Source: Candidatus Wenzhouxiangella sp. M2_3B_020
Lineage (GTDB): Bacteria > Pseudomonadota > Gammaproteobacteria > Xanthomonadales > Wenzhouxiangellaceae
DNA length: 64,000 nucleotides
Assembly (NCBI GenBank): GCA_051428125.1
Contig: JBPRGD010000097.1
Location: 8,164-72,163 of the forward strand
Direction: 5' to 3'
The translations under genes and the position numbers were made by a program. Each line of letters begins with the position of its first letter. Position 1 is the first letter of the stretch. The notes below the pieces were generated by a model. That model was not told the DNA's origin. It saw nothing but the letters and a program-made list of their open reading frames with translations, and ran no database searches. Positions 50,112 to 59,345 of this stretch are shown here, piece by piece.

Positions 50112-51539
50112 ATGGCCGATCCCAACGCTTTGATCGTCGACGACGAACCGGATCTCCGGGAATTGCTCGAGCTCACGCTTTCCCGTATGGGCGTGGAGGT
50201 CGACTCGGCGGCCGATCTCACCGAGGCACGCCGCAAGCTCGCCGAGAATTCGTACGACTTCTGCCTGACCGACATGCGGCTGCCCGACGGCAACGGCTTG
50301 AGCCTGATCAAGCAGATCAGCCGCGATCATCCCGAGATGCCGGTTGCGATGATCACGGCCTATGGAAAGGTCGAGGACGCCGTGACGGCGCTCAAATACG
50401 GGGCATTCGACTTCGTCGCCAAGCCCGTCGACCTGGAAGCGCTGCGCAGTCTGGTCAAGACCGCGATCAAGATGCGCCAGGACGACGCCGAGAAGATGAG
50501 CGGTGGACCTGTGCCCACCCGGCCGCCCGAATCGCGTGACGAATCGGATGCCGCGGCCGGGGCGCCGGCCGAGGAGCAGCAAGGGGCCATACTGGACCGT
50601 ATGATCGGCAAGTCCGACGCGGTCATGCGGGTGCGCCAGACCATCCTGAAGCTGGCGCGCTCGCAGGCGCCGGTCATGATCAGCGGCGATTCCGGGACGG
50701 GAAAGGAACTCGCCGCACGCCTCATTCACGATCTCGGGCCCCGCTCGGAGCAACCTTTCGTGGCCGTCAACTGCGGCGCGATTCCGTCGGAGCTGATGGA
50801 AAGCGAATTCTTCGGTCACAAGAAAGGCAGCTTCACCGGCGCCGACACCGACAAGGAAGGTCTGTTCCAGACCGCCGACGGCGGCACGCTGTTCCTCGAC
50901 GAGGTCGCCGACCTTCCCCTGAACATGCAGGTCAAGCTGCTGCGCGTGATCCAGGAAAAACGGGTGAGGCCGATCGGAGGGAAGGAGGAAACGCCGATCA
51001 ACGTGCGCATTCTTTCGGCGTCGCACAAGCCGCTCAAGCCCATGGTGGAAGCGGAGGAATTCCGCAGCGACCTGTATTTCCGGCTCAACGTGATCGAACT
51101 CAACATGCCGTCGCTGTCCGAACGGCGCAAGGACATCCCGTTGCTCGTCAATCACTTCCTCGCGGTGATCGCCGAACAGTGGGGCGATGCGCCGAAGAAC
51201 CTCGACGACAGCGCCAAGAAGGCGCTTTTGCAGCATCCGTTTTCAGGCAACGTCCGGGAACTGTTCAACATTCTCCAGCGCGCGGTCACGCTGTGCGACG
51301 GCGACACGATCACCGCCGACGACCTGCAGCTCGAGCACACGGCACTCGATGGGGGAGACGAGGACATTCCATCCGATCCCGGCGACAAGAACCTGGACGA
51401 TTACATGGAAAGCATCGAGCGCCGGATCCTGGAAAACGCGCTGAAGGAAGCGAAGTACAACAAGACCGAGGCGGCGAGAAAGCTCGGCATCACGTTCCGG
51501 TCGTTCCGTTACAAGCTCGACAAGTACGGTATCGAATAG
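50112..51539 (+). CDS. pilR: Sigma54-dependent response regulator PilR
   Basis: REC ([12 protein letters not shown]), [22 protein letters not shown], Fis [15 protein letters not shown]. Confidence 0.88.
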   Translation: MADPNALIVDDEPDLRELLELTLSRMGVEVDSAADLTEARRKLAENSYDFCLTDMRLPDGNGLSLIKQISRDHPEMPVAMITAYGKVEDAVTALKYGAFDFVAKPVDLEALRSLVKTAIKMRQDDAEKMSGGPVPTRPPESRDESDAAAGAPAEEQQGAILDRMIGKSDAVMRVRQTILKLARSQAPVMISGDSGTGKELAARLIHDLGPRSEQPFVAVNCGAIPSELMESEFFGHKKGSFTGADTDKEGLFQTADGGTLFLDEVADLPLNMQVKLLRVIQEKRVRPIGGKEETPINVRILSASHKPLKPMVEAEEFRSDLYFRLNVIELNMPSLSERRKDIPLLVNHFLAVIAEQWGDAPKNLDDSAKKALLQHPFSGNVRELFNILQRAVTLCDGDTITADDLQLEHTALDGGDEDIPSDPGDKNLDDYMESIERRILENALKEAKYNKTEAARKLGITFRSFRYKLDKYGIE

Positions 51540-51615
51540 GGAATTTCCGGCCGTCGAATCCCGGCTTTCCGCAGCTTCCCCATTGCATCGCCGGGCTCGA
51601 GGAGAGTACCCGGTT

Positions 51616-53781
51616 CTATTGGCTCGGCAGAGAAGTCTCGTGACGCTCGCTGGTGCTATTGACCTGATCGCTCCTGCCGGTCGCAAAGAGCACGTACGAT
51701 CCGTTATCGACGTCGTTTTGCGTAATCGAGTAGACCCCGGTGATCGTCGAATCATCCACCGCGTCGGGCGACAGCGTGGCGATCGGACCACCGTTCACGG
51801 TCACGCCCTGATTCGAGCTGCTGAGCGTGACCCGGACGTTGTTCAAGGTGACGTTGCCGCTGTTCAAGAGGTCGAAGTCGTACTGGATCTCGTCGCCGGC
51901 ACTTGCGTCGCCGGACTCATCGCTATCGATCCACTGGCTCGTGATGAACAGCGACAGCGACGGACTTCCGTTCAACGCGACGATTTCGGTGCCGGTGTTG
52001 CTCGCGCCCTCGACACTGCTCACTGTCGCGGTGTTCTCGTAGGAACCTGCGTCGATGTCAGCCTGGGTGATCTCGTAAGTCGCGGAATACGATGCGGAAT
52101 CCACCGCTCCAGGCGCCAGGATGGCGATCGGGCTCCCGCTGACCAAGGCTCCCGTGTCGGTGACCGTGATACCGGTCAGCGTCACGTTGCCCGTGTTCTC
52201 GATCGTGAACGCGTAGTCGATCGTGTCGCCCGGATCCAGCCCGTTCTGGTCGTCGTCGTTGAGCTGCCCGCTCTTGATCAGTGTCAAGCCAGGCACACCG
52301 TCGAGTTGCTGCTCGTGCGTATCGCTGTCGCTTACATCCTGGGCCGCGCTGACCGTGGCGGTATTGCTGTACGATCCCGAATCGATGTCGGCCTGCGTGA
52401 TCGTGTAGCTGCCTGTGAACGCGGTCGAATCTGAAGCGCCCGGCGGCAGGCTGGCGATCGGCGTGCCGCTGATGGCAGCGCCGGCATCCGAAACCGAAAG
52501 GTCGGTCAGCGTGGCGTTGCCGGTATTGGTGATCGTGAAGGAATACTCGATCGTGTCGCCCGCGCTGAGCCCGACCAGATCGTCGCTATCGAGTACCTGC
52601 CCGGTCTTGTCGAGGCTCACGGCCGCTGTCGCCGAAAACGTCCGCGTGTCCTGGTCCGATGCGATCGCGCCTTCGGCGCTGGTCACGGTGGCCAGGTTGG
52701 TGACCGAACCCGCATCGACGTCTTCCTGCGTCAGCGTATAGGTCGCCGAGAACGTATCGGCGTCGGACGCGCCGGGTGCCAGGGATGCGACGGGTCCGCC
52801 GTCGACCGTGACCAGCGGGTCGTCGATGCGGATGTCGGTCAGCGTGACGTCGCTGATGTTGGTGACTTCGAAGCTGTAGCTGATCGTATCGCCCGCGCTG
52901 ACGCCGGCCGTGCCGTCGTCGTCGTTCAGCGTGCCCGTCTTGAGAAGTGAAAGCTCGGCGGTGCCGATCGGTACCGACGTGGACAAGGTCGGGGCGCCCG
53001 TTCCCAGCGCCGCGTCGCCCGCGCGGTTCAGCGCCCTGACGTCGGCGATTCCGGTCCCGACGACCGTGCCGTCGGGGGTCGCGGTGCCGACGTCGTATTC
53101 AACGGCGATCGACGCGCTATCACCCGGATACAGGATGTCGATCCGCCAGGTGTTGCCAAGCATCGTACCGGTCACCGGTATGAACGTCGGACCGACGATC
53201 TCGGTCGTCGCCGGCTCGAAGTTCGACGTGAAATCCACCTCGACCGCGGTCGCGACCTCGGATTCCGAACGGTTCGTGATCGTGAACGGGATGGTCAGCG
53301 TGCTGCCCGCGGCGGCGATGTTCGGTGCCGTGTCGTCGAGCCGGAAAAGGTTCTCGAAGTCTCCGGCGAAGAACGACGCCCGGAACGGGGCACAGGTCAA
53401 TTGCACGCTGGCATCGGAGCTGGTCTGGATTTCGAACACGCCGTCGGCCAGGTTCTGGACGATGGACCCGCCGTCCAGCGGCGACGCGATGCTGTAGACC
53501 GCGCCCGGCTCCGTGCTCGCGTTGACCTGGTCGAAGATGAGCTTGAAATCGTCCGACCGCACCGAGGGCGTGTTGCGCGCAGGATCGGCCGAACAGCGCC
53601 AATCGGCGTGAACGGACCGCACGACCAGTTCGCGCGTTCCGGGTCGGTATTCGATCGTTTCGAGCTGGCCGGCCGGAACGACGGAGTGGCCGTCGATCGT
53701 CAGGCTGACCTGCGCATGGCCATGGAAAGGAACCGCCAGGATCACCAGCGCGGCTGCAGTCAGCAGGAAATTCTTGGACAT
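51616..53781 (-). CDS. Secreted acidic protein with tandem DUF11/DUF7507 Ig-like repeats (adhesin-like)
   Basis: Signal peptide MSKNFLLTAAALVILAVPFHGHA; four ~105-aa repeats of GDTIxYxFTIxNTGNVTL...YTITQADIDxGS. Confidence 0.85.
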   Translation of the reverse strand: MSKNFLLTAAALVILAVPFHGHAQVSLTIDGHSVVPAGQLETIEYRPGTRELVVRSVHADWRCSADPARNTPSVRSDDFKLIFDQVNASTEPGAVYSIASPLDGGSIVQNLADGVFEIQTSSDASVQLTCAPFRASFFAGDFENLFRLDDTAPNIAAAGSTLTIPFTITNRSESEVATAVEVDFTSNFEPATTEIVGPTFIPVTGTMLGNTWRIDILYPGDSASIAVEYDVGTATPDGTVVGTGIADVRALNRAGDAALGTGAPTLSTSVPIGTAELSLLKTGTLNDDDGTAGVSAGDTISYSFEVTNISDVTLTDIRIDDPLVTVDGGPVASLAPGASDADTFSATYTLTQEDVDAGSVTNLATVTSAEGAIASDQDTRTFSATAAVSLDKTGQVLDSDDLVGLSAGDTIEYSFTITNTGNATLTDLSVSDAGAAISGTPIASLPPGASDSTAFTGSYTITQADIDSGSYSNTATVSAAQDVSDSDTHEQQLDGVPGLTLIKSGQLNDDDQNGLDPGDTIDYAFTIENTGNVTLTGITVTDTGALVSGSPIAILAPGAVDSASYSATYEITQADIDAGSYENTATVSSVEGASNTGTEIVALNGSPSLSLFITSQWIDSDESGDASAGDEIQYDFDLLNSGNVTLNNVRVTLSSSNQGVTVNGGPIATLSPDAVDDSTITGVYSITQNDVDNGSYVLFATGRSDQVNSTSERHETSLPSQ

Positions 53782-53900
53782 ACCCTTGGAACCACTCCGT
53801 AACGGCGACTTTGATTCCGTCAAGTATCTCATAAAAAACATTAATTTCGCATTCAATTGCCGCGATTAAACAGCGTTCCGTCAGCGACTTGCACGCGATA

Positions 53901-53918
53901 TCGTGACTTGTTTCACGA
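53901..53918. promoter_or_regulatory. CRP/Clp/Vfr-like palindromic site upstream of the repeat-protein gene
   Basis: TCGTGA-CTTGTT-TCACGA is a perfect dyad with CRP-type N6 spacing in an AT-rich intergenic region. Confidence 0.55.
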
Positions 53919-53952
53919 CAATTTGTTTAACGACGATCGAAAAAAGGTGCGC

Positions 53953-55167
53953 TTACGTGTCTTGCTCGCGACCCGGCGGCAGCGGCTCCGGCGCCCGACC
54001 CTGCTCGAGCCGCAGCGCGTTGCGGTAGCACTGCGCTGCCGATTCGAGCATCCCGGCGCGATCCAGCACCTGCCCCAGCGCGGCGTATGCCGATGGATCG
54101 GGACTGCTGCGCACGGCGATTTCGAGGTGCTCGCGCGCCTTGTCGTCTTCGCGCTCGTCGAGGTAAAGCCGGCCCAGCGCGAAATGCACCCCGGGCCCGT
54201 CGGCGCCCTGTTCGATCCAGCGCTCGCACTGGCGGATGCGGGCCCGGCGGTCGCCCGGATCGGTCTGGGCGTACAACCCCAGCAGTTCGTCGTCGAACGT
54301 TTCGGGAATCGCCCGGCGCAGTTCCGGCTCGGACAGCTCGGGCCTGTCCAGCTCCAGCGCACGCCGCGCGAACGCCGCGACGACCTCCGGCGAGTGTCGC
54401 TGGGATCGCTTGACGTTGCCGTGGATCCTAACGAGTTGCTCGGGATCGGGTGCCGACTCGATCTCCCTCGCCGCCGCGAGTCCCCGGAGTTCGTCGGCTC
54501 GCTCGCGGTCGATGATCCCTGCCTTGCGCAACGCCGGAATGAGCACGGTCACGTCATGCCAGCGATCCTCGCGCTGATAGCACTCGAGCAGGAGCCTGAG
54601 CACGCCTTCGTGACGAGGCCGCTTGAGGTGCAGCTGCTCCAGTAGCTGGATGGCGCCCTCGGTGTCGCCTTCGCTGGCCAGCAGACGCGCCCGGACCAGG
54701 GCGGTCGCGAAATGGCGCTTTCCGAAACGGGTGTCGGCCAGGGCCAGGTACTCGTCGCGGCGATCCGGGGCCGACTGGCCCTGGGCCGCGCGTGCGGCCG
54801 CCAGATAGCCGCTGGTGGTGCCCGAGCGGCCGCGCATGGCGCGAACCAGCGAGCGCTCGGCCTGCGCCCAATCGCCCTCCGAAAGGGCCAGCAGGCCGCG
54901 GTCGAGATTGCGCCGTGCCCGGGCCTCGCGGGCCTTGCGGACCGCTCGGCCGGGCATGCGGACGACGGCCAATGCCAGCGAGATCGCGGCCCAGATCCCG
55001 AGAACCGCACCGACCAGGACCACGACGGACATCTGCACGCGCCAACCGCCGATTTCGATCAGCACGTAACCGGGGTCGGCCATCACCCGCGGCCCCAGCC
55101 ACGCACCGCCGATGACCGCGGCCACGGCGACGACAACCAGCAGCAACAGCAAGGCCGTGCGCTTCAT
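53953..55167 (-). CDS. hemY: HemY-family TPR membrane protein
   Basis: DPGYVLI, GLLALSEGDWAQAER, AARAAQ, ALGRL; hemC-D-X-Y order. Confidence 0.9.
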   Translation of the reverse strand: MKRTALLLLLVVVAVAAVIGGAWLGPRVMADPGYVLIEIGGWRVQMSVVVLVGAVLGIWAAISLALAVVRMPGRAVRKAREARARRNLDRGLLALSEGDWAQAERSLVRAMRGRSGTTSGYLAAARAAQGQSAPDRRDEYLALADTRFGKRHFATALVRARLLASEGDTEGAIQLLEQLHLKRPRHEGVLRLLLECYQREDRWHDVTVLIPALRKAGIIDRERADELRGLAAAREIESAPDPEQLVRIHGNVKRSQRHSPEVVAAFARRALELDRPELSEPELRRAIPETFDDELLGLYAQTDPGDRRARIRQCERWIEQGADGPGVHFALGRLYLDEREDDKAREHLEIAVRSSPDPSAYAALGQVLDRAGMLESAAQCYRNALRLEQGRAPEPLPPGREQDT

Positions 55168-56534
55168 CGCGCCCCCTCGAGCAATGCGTCCAGCGCCTGC
55201 ATCGACTCATCGAGCTCCGGTGCATCGTCCGCGGCGGCATCGAGATCCAGTCCGCGCAGCCAGTCCAGTTCGGTCAGCACTTCGGGCCGCGACTCGTCGA
55301 AGGCACGCTCCATCCGCTCGGCCGCTTCGGCGATCAAGCGCTCGGCCAGCACGTAATCCCGCCTGGCAAGCGCGAGTGCGGCGGTCTGCAATCCGGCCCG
55401 GATCTCGGTGCGCAGCCGCTCCAAGGTGGCGGCACCCGGGGCTTCGTCGGCGACGCTCTCGACCTTGACCAGCCGCGACATCACCGATCCCAGCCGGTTG
55501 CTCCAGCCTTCCTCCTCGGGCGACTCCGGGCTTCCGGTCGAACGGCGGATTCCGGCCCAGGTCCCGACGGCTTCGGAAATGTCGTAGAGGCGCTGCACGT
55601 GTGCCGCCGACGAGGGCGGGTCGTAGCTTTGAAGCCGCTCGCGTTCGGCTTCGACCGCGGAGCGCAGGTCGCCGAACCGCGAAGATTCGAATCCGCGCAG
55701 CTGGCGCGCAGCCCTGGCCCATGCCTGGCGTGCGGCATCGACGTCGCCGAACGCCTCCAGCCGGTTCCGACCGGCCGAAAGAAGACTCTGTATCTCGATC
55801 AGTCGCAGCCGGGTAACCAGGTCGCGATCGGCCGATTCGAGTTCGCCTCCAAGGCGCGAAATGCGGATGTCGAATCGTTCCAGGCGTTCGCTGACGGTCC
55901 GCTCTAGATCGTCGAGCCGGGTACGCAGGCCCGCGATCGTGGAATTGCGCTCGCCCTGCACCCGCTCGAACCGGACCGACAACTGGTCGACCTGCTCGCG
56001 CAGCGACTCCATCGAACGCTCCTCCGAGGCTTCGGCTTCGGCGAGGTCGCCGAAATCCGACCGCAGATCCTCCAGCCGGCCCGCCAGTTCCTCGACGCGC
56101 TCGTCGACCGCGCCCAGGTCGTCGATGCGCGTCCGGATCGAGCTCAATTCCTCGATGCGCTCCTCGATCGAGCCGACGGCTTCATCGATCTCGCCGACGC
56201 GGTCGGCCGTCGATTCGATCGATCCGGCCAACCCGTCGTCCCGCTGTTCCTGATCGTCGATACGGCGTGCCAGCCGATCGACGCGCTCGCCCAGCGACTC
56301 GATCCGCTCGTTCCCGCCCGCCGCGGCGGCATCCTCGCCGGGACGCCAGTCCTCGGGCCACCACGGGCGCGCCGCGAGCGCCAGGGCGGCGACGGCGAGC
56401 AGCAGGGCCAGAACCGCCGCGAATGCTCCTCCCCGGCCCTTCCGTTCGGGTCCGGGTTCGTCCGCGGATTGTTTGCGGCCGGTCTGCTCGTCGGCGTCTC
56501 GGGTATCGGTCTGTTCGTGTTCGGAATCGCTCAT
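55164..56534 (-). CDS. hemX: HemX-family membrane-anchored coiled-coil protein
   Basis: N-terminal TM, long coiled coil, LIEIQSLL...GDVDAA, AALALARRD; between hemD and hemY. Confidence 0.75.
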   Translation of the reverse strand: MSDSEHEQTDTRDADEQTGRKQSADEPGPERKGRGGAFAAVLALLLAVAALALAARPWWPEDWRPGEDAAAAGGNERIESLGERVDRLARRIDDQEQRDDGLAGSIESTADRVGEIDEAVGSIEERIEELSSIRTRIDDLGAVDERVEELAGRLEDLRSDFGDLAEAEASEERSMESLREQVDQLSVRFERVQGERNSTIAGLRTRLDDLERTVSERLERFDIRISRLGGELESADRDLVTRLRLIEIQSLLSAGRNRLEAFGDVDAARQAWARAARQLRGFESSRFGDLRSAVEAERERLQSYDPPSSAAHVQRLYDISEAVGTWAGIRRSTGSPESPEEEGWSNRLGSVMSRLVKVESVADEAPGAATLERLRTEIRAGLQTAALALARRDYVLAERLIAEAAERMERAFDESRPEVLTELDWLRGLDLDAAADDAPELDESMQALDALLEGAR

Positions 56535-56628
56535 GGATTGCCTTCACCCCGCAGGGAGGTTCGCTCGCCTGCTCCGATGCTAACGGAATCTCCTTGCATG
56601 CGGGCCGCAACAGCCGAAACCGGCGCCC

Positions 56629-57372
56629 TCATCGCACGCGCTCGAGAGCGTCGAGCATCGCACCGTCCGACGCTCCTGCAGCCACCGTCACGTCGTGCGC
56701 CCCGCGTCTTCGGCACGCTTGCTCCAGCCTCGGTGACGAAACGATGAACGCCGAATCGAACCAGTGCGCCCGGAGGGCGTCCGGAAGGCCGTCGGAGATC
56801 TGCTCCAGTGCATTCATGCTGCTGACCAGGACGGTCAGGCGGCGACCCCTCGCCAGTGCATCCAGCAGTGCCTCGGCCGGCGCTAGCGGTTCGCGCAGAT
56901 AGCCGTCGACGCGTTGAATTTCGGCACCGCGTCGGGCAAGTTCCTGGTCGATCAGCCTTCGTCCGCCCGGCGCACCGAAGATCCCGACCGATCGGCCCTC
57001 CACGGCGCTTAGCTGCGGCAGCTCGAGAATCGCTTCGCTGGTTCCGCCGGACTCCGGCCAGGTCACTTCGGCGCCCGCGTCCTCGAGGATCCGACCGGTA
57101 CCGCTCCCTGGGGCGATGAATACGGGCTTATCGAGCATCGCCGGCGACGCATGCGCCGCGACCAGGCGCGCGGCAAACGGGCTGACGACGACGACGTAAT
57201 CCATGCCTTCGAGCCGGCTCAGCGCCCCGGCCAATTCACCGGCGGGACGTGCGACGAGACGGAAAGGCGGGCTGGCGATCGCATCCAGACCGCGCTGCCG
57301 CAACGACTCGGTCGTTCCGGCGCAATCCGGCTCGGGACGCGTGACTACTGCCAGCGGTTGTCCGCGGTTCAT
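56629..57372 (-). CDS. hemD: Uroporphyrinogen-III synthase
   Basis: VVTRPEP, VVVSP, APGSGT, TSEAILELP, GGRRLI, SSPRL. Confidence 0.88.
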   Translation of the reverse strand: MNRGQPLAVVTRPEPDCAGTTESLRQRGLDAIASPPFRLVARPAGELAGALSRLEGMDYVVVVSPFAARLVAAHASPAMLDKPVFIAPGSGTGRILEDAGAEVTWPESGGTSEAILELPQLSAVEGRSVGIFGAPGGRRLIDQELARRGAEIQRVDGYLREPLAPAEALLDALARGRRLTVLVSSMNALEQISDGLPDALRAHWFDSAFIVSSPRLEQACRRRGAHDVTVAAGASDGAMLDALERVR

Positions 57373-57414
57373 CGCGTCGCAGCGGGCCGCGGCCCGTTAC
57401 CCGGATCCGGCAAT

Positions 57415-57446
57415 GAAAAGGGCCCGCCGACTGAGCGGCGGGCCCT
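57415..57446 (-). terminator. Rho-independent terminator
   Basis: Minus strand AGGGCCCGCCG-CTCAGT-CGGCGGGCCCT followed by TTTC. Confidence 0.85.
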
Positions 57447-57587
57447 GGGATAGATCCGGGTGCCTGACGAAACCGACCAACGTGCAGGGGGCTTGCGTGT
57501 TGGCGTTGGCAGTAGGGGGACGCACATCAATCGATAACGTCGTGGGCGGCACCCGGAAAGCGAACTGGGAATCGACCCCTAAAGCTT
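57415..57587 (-). ncRNA. Candidate structured small RNA (~170 nt) between hemC and hemD
   Basis: Upstream TGGACA-N18-AACACT promoter-like site; long stem closed by TCCGGGTGCC/GGCACCCGGA; C-rich loop; intrinsic terminator. Confidence 0.6.
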
Positions 57588-57651
57588 CGGCGTAGTGTTG
57601 CACAAATCGCGACAGGATGTCCAGAGCGATTGCAGAAAAACGACGAATTTT

Positions 57652-58578
57652 TCAATTCTGTGACGAATTCAACGTTTCCAGAAGCTCCCGTCCACCACGC
57701 TCCAGGAGCTCGCCGGCGACGCGCGTGCCGAGCTCGACCGCGCCTGCGGCCGCGCCCGCGGCCTCGGCATTGATCAGCGCTCCCTCCGCATCGCCCAGCC
57801 GGCCGTGCACCCGCATGCGGTCGCCGTCCAGTTCGGCATGGACGGCAAGCGGCATCGTGCAGTCTCCGCCAAGAGCGCGAACGACCTCGCGTTCTGCGGC
57901 CGCCTGCAGCGTCGTCTGCCTGCAGGCCAGTTCGGCGACGATCGCGGCAACGGCCGGGTCTCCGGCCCGCTGCTGTACGACGATGATCCCCTGCCCGGGC
58001 GCCGGCAGCCAGCGGGGCGCCTCCAGCGGGATCGCGCCGTCGGGGACGATGTCCAGCCGCTCCAGGCCGGCGGCGGCAAGAATGGTCGCGTCCACCTTGC
58101 CTTCGCGCACGGCCGACAGCCGCGTTTCGACGTTGCCGCGCAACGCGACCGTCTCCAGGTCCGGGCGCAGCGCGCGCAGCTGGCTGATCCGGCGCAGGCT
58201 CGAGCTGCCCACCCGGCTGCCGGCCGGCAGCGACTCGGGACCCTCGCCCGATTTCGAGATCCAGAGGTCGCGTGGATTGGCGCGCGCGAGGTACGCGCCC
58301 AGTTCCAGCCCTTCGGGCTGCTGGGCGGGCACGTCCTTGAGCGAGTGCACGGCGATGTCGGCCCGTCCATCCAGCAAGGCCTTTTCCAGTTCCTTCAGGA
58401 ACAGGCCCTTGCCGCCGATCTCGGCCAGCGAGCGATCGAGCACTTCGTCGCCGCGCGTGCTCATCGGCAGCAGGCGGACTTCGCGGGCCGGATCCGCTCG
58501 CCGCAGCGCATCGGCCACGTGTTCGCTCTGCCAGAGGGCGAGCCGGCTCTTTCGGGTTGCAATCGTCACGCCGTTCAT
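57652..58578 (-). CDS. hemC: Hydroxymethylbilane synthase (porphobilinogen deaminase)
   Basis: IATRKSRLALWQ, GGKGLFLKELE, AVHSLKD, LRGNVETRL, LGGDCTMP. Confidence 0.97.
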   Translation of the reverse strand: MNGVTIATRKSRLALWQSEHVADALRRADPAREVRLLPMSTRGDEVLDRSLAEIGGKGLFLKELEKALLDGRADIAVHSLKDVPAQQPEGLELGAYLARANPRDLWISKSGEGPESLPAGSRVGSSSLRRISQLRALRPDLETVALRGNVETRLSAVREGKVDATILAAAGLERLDIVPDGAIPLEAPRWLPAPGQGIIVVQQRAGDPAVAAIVAELACRQTTLQAAAEREVVRALGGDCTMPLAVHAELDGDRMRVHGRLGDAEGALINAEAAGAAAGAVELGTRVAGELLERGGRELLETLNSSQN

Positions 58579-58622
58579 GGCCTTCGTCTCCGCGTTCCTG
58601 GGTCGATCCGACGAGCGGAATC

Positions 58623-59345
58623 TTACGAGCTTTCGGTCAGCAGCCGCTTGACCGTCGTCCGGTTCCGGCGGGAAACCTCCAGGCCGTGCTCCAGCCCGGC
58701 GACCGAAACCCGTTCGACGCCCTCGTCGTCGGTGTAAAGCGAGCGCAGATGATACCGGCTGACGAGCGCGTTTCGATGGATGCGAACGAAATCGGAGCGG
58801 TACTGGTGCTCCACGGTCTTCAGCGGTTCGTCGATCACGGCCCTGCCCTGCACCGAGTGCACCAGCGTGCTTCCCTCCTCGGCCGTGAACGCGCGCACGT
58901 CACCCAGGGGCAGACGGATCAGGCGTTCGCCGATCCGCGCGGCCACGAAACGCGTGATCGCGGGCCTCGCCGGCGTCACCCGGCGCAGCGCCTCCCGCAA
59001 CCGGTCGGGGCGCACGGGCTTGACCACGTAGTCGACGGCCGCGACGCCGAACGCCTCCACCGCGTAGCGGTCGTGCGCGGTCACGAACACGATGGCCGGT
59101 GGACGGGCCCCGGCGGCAAGCCGGTGCGCGATGTCCAGCCCGCTGGTGCCCGGCATTTCGATATCGAGGAGTATCACGTCCGGCTGCAGATGCTCGCAGC
59201 GCGCCAGGACGCGCTCCGGTCGGGATTCGCACCCGGCGACCTCGAATCCGGGAATACCCGAGACGATGTCGGCAAGCCGCTCCACCGCCGGCGGTTCGTC
59301 GTCGACGATCAGGACCCCCTGCGGGTGGCCCGGTTCCGCCGTCAC
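58623..59345 (-). CDS. algR: LytTR-family response regulator (AlgR-like)
   Basis: LIVDDEPPA, LLDIEMPG, FVTAH, DYVVKP, FVRIHRNALV, LEVSRR; immediately upstream of hemC. Confidence 0.8.
   Translation of the reverse strand: MTAEPGHPQGVLIVDDEPPAVERLADIVSGIPGFEVAGCESRPERVLARCEHLQPDVILLDIEMPGTSGLDIAHRLAAGARPPAIVFVTAHDRYAVEAFGVAAVDYVVKPVRPDRLREALRRVTPARPAITRFVAARIGERLIRLPLGDVRAFTAEEGSTLVHSVQGRAVIDEPLKTVEHQYRSDFVRIHRNALVSRYHLRSLYTDDEGVERVSVAGLEHGLEVSRRNRTTVKRLLTESS

Noticed and set aside
53782-53952. Sigma54 promoter (PilR target) for the repeat-protein gene
   Set aside because: The best GG...GC pair is spaced N9, not the required N10.
57415-57587. Identity of the RNA candidate as tRNA, 6S, SRP or tmRNA, or the 68-aa ORF 57397..57603
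   Set aside because: There is no cloverleaf or CCA end, no SRP GGAA-loop motif and no 6S central bubble. The ORF has atypical codon usage and runs through the terminator.
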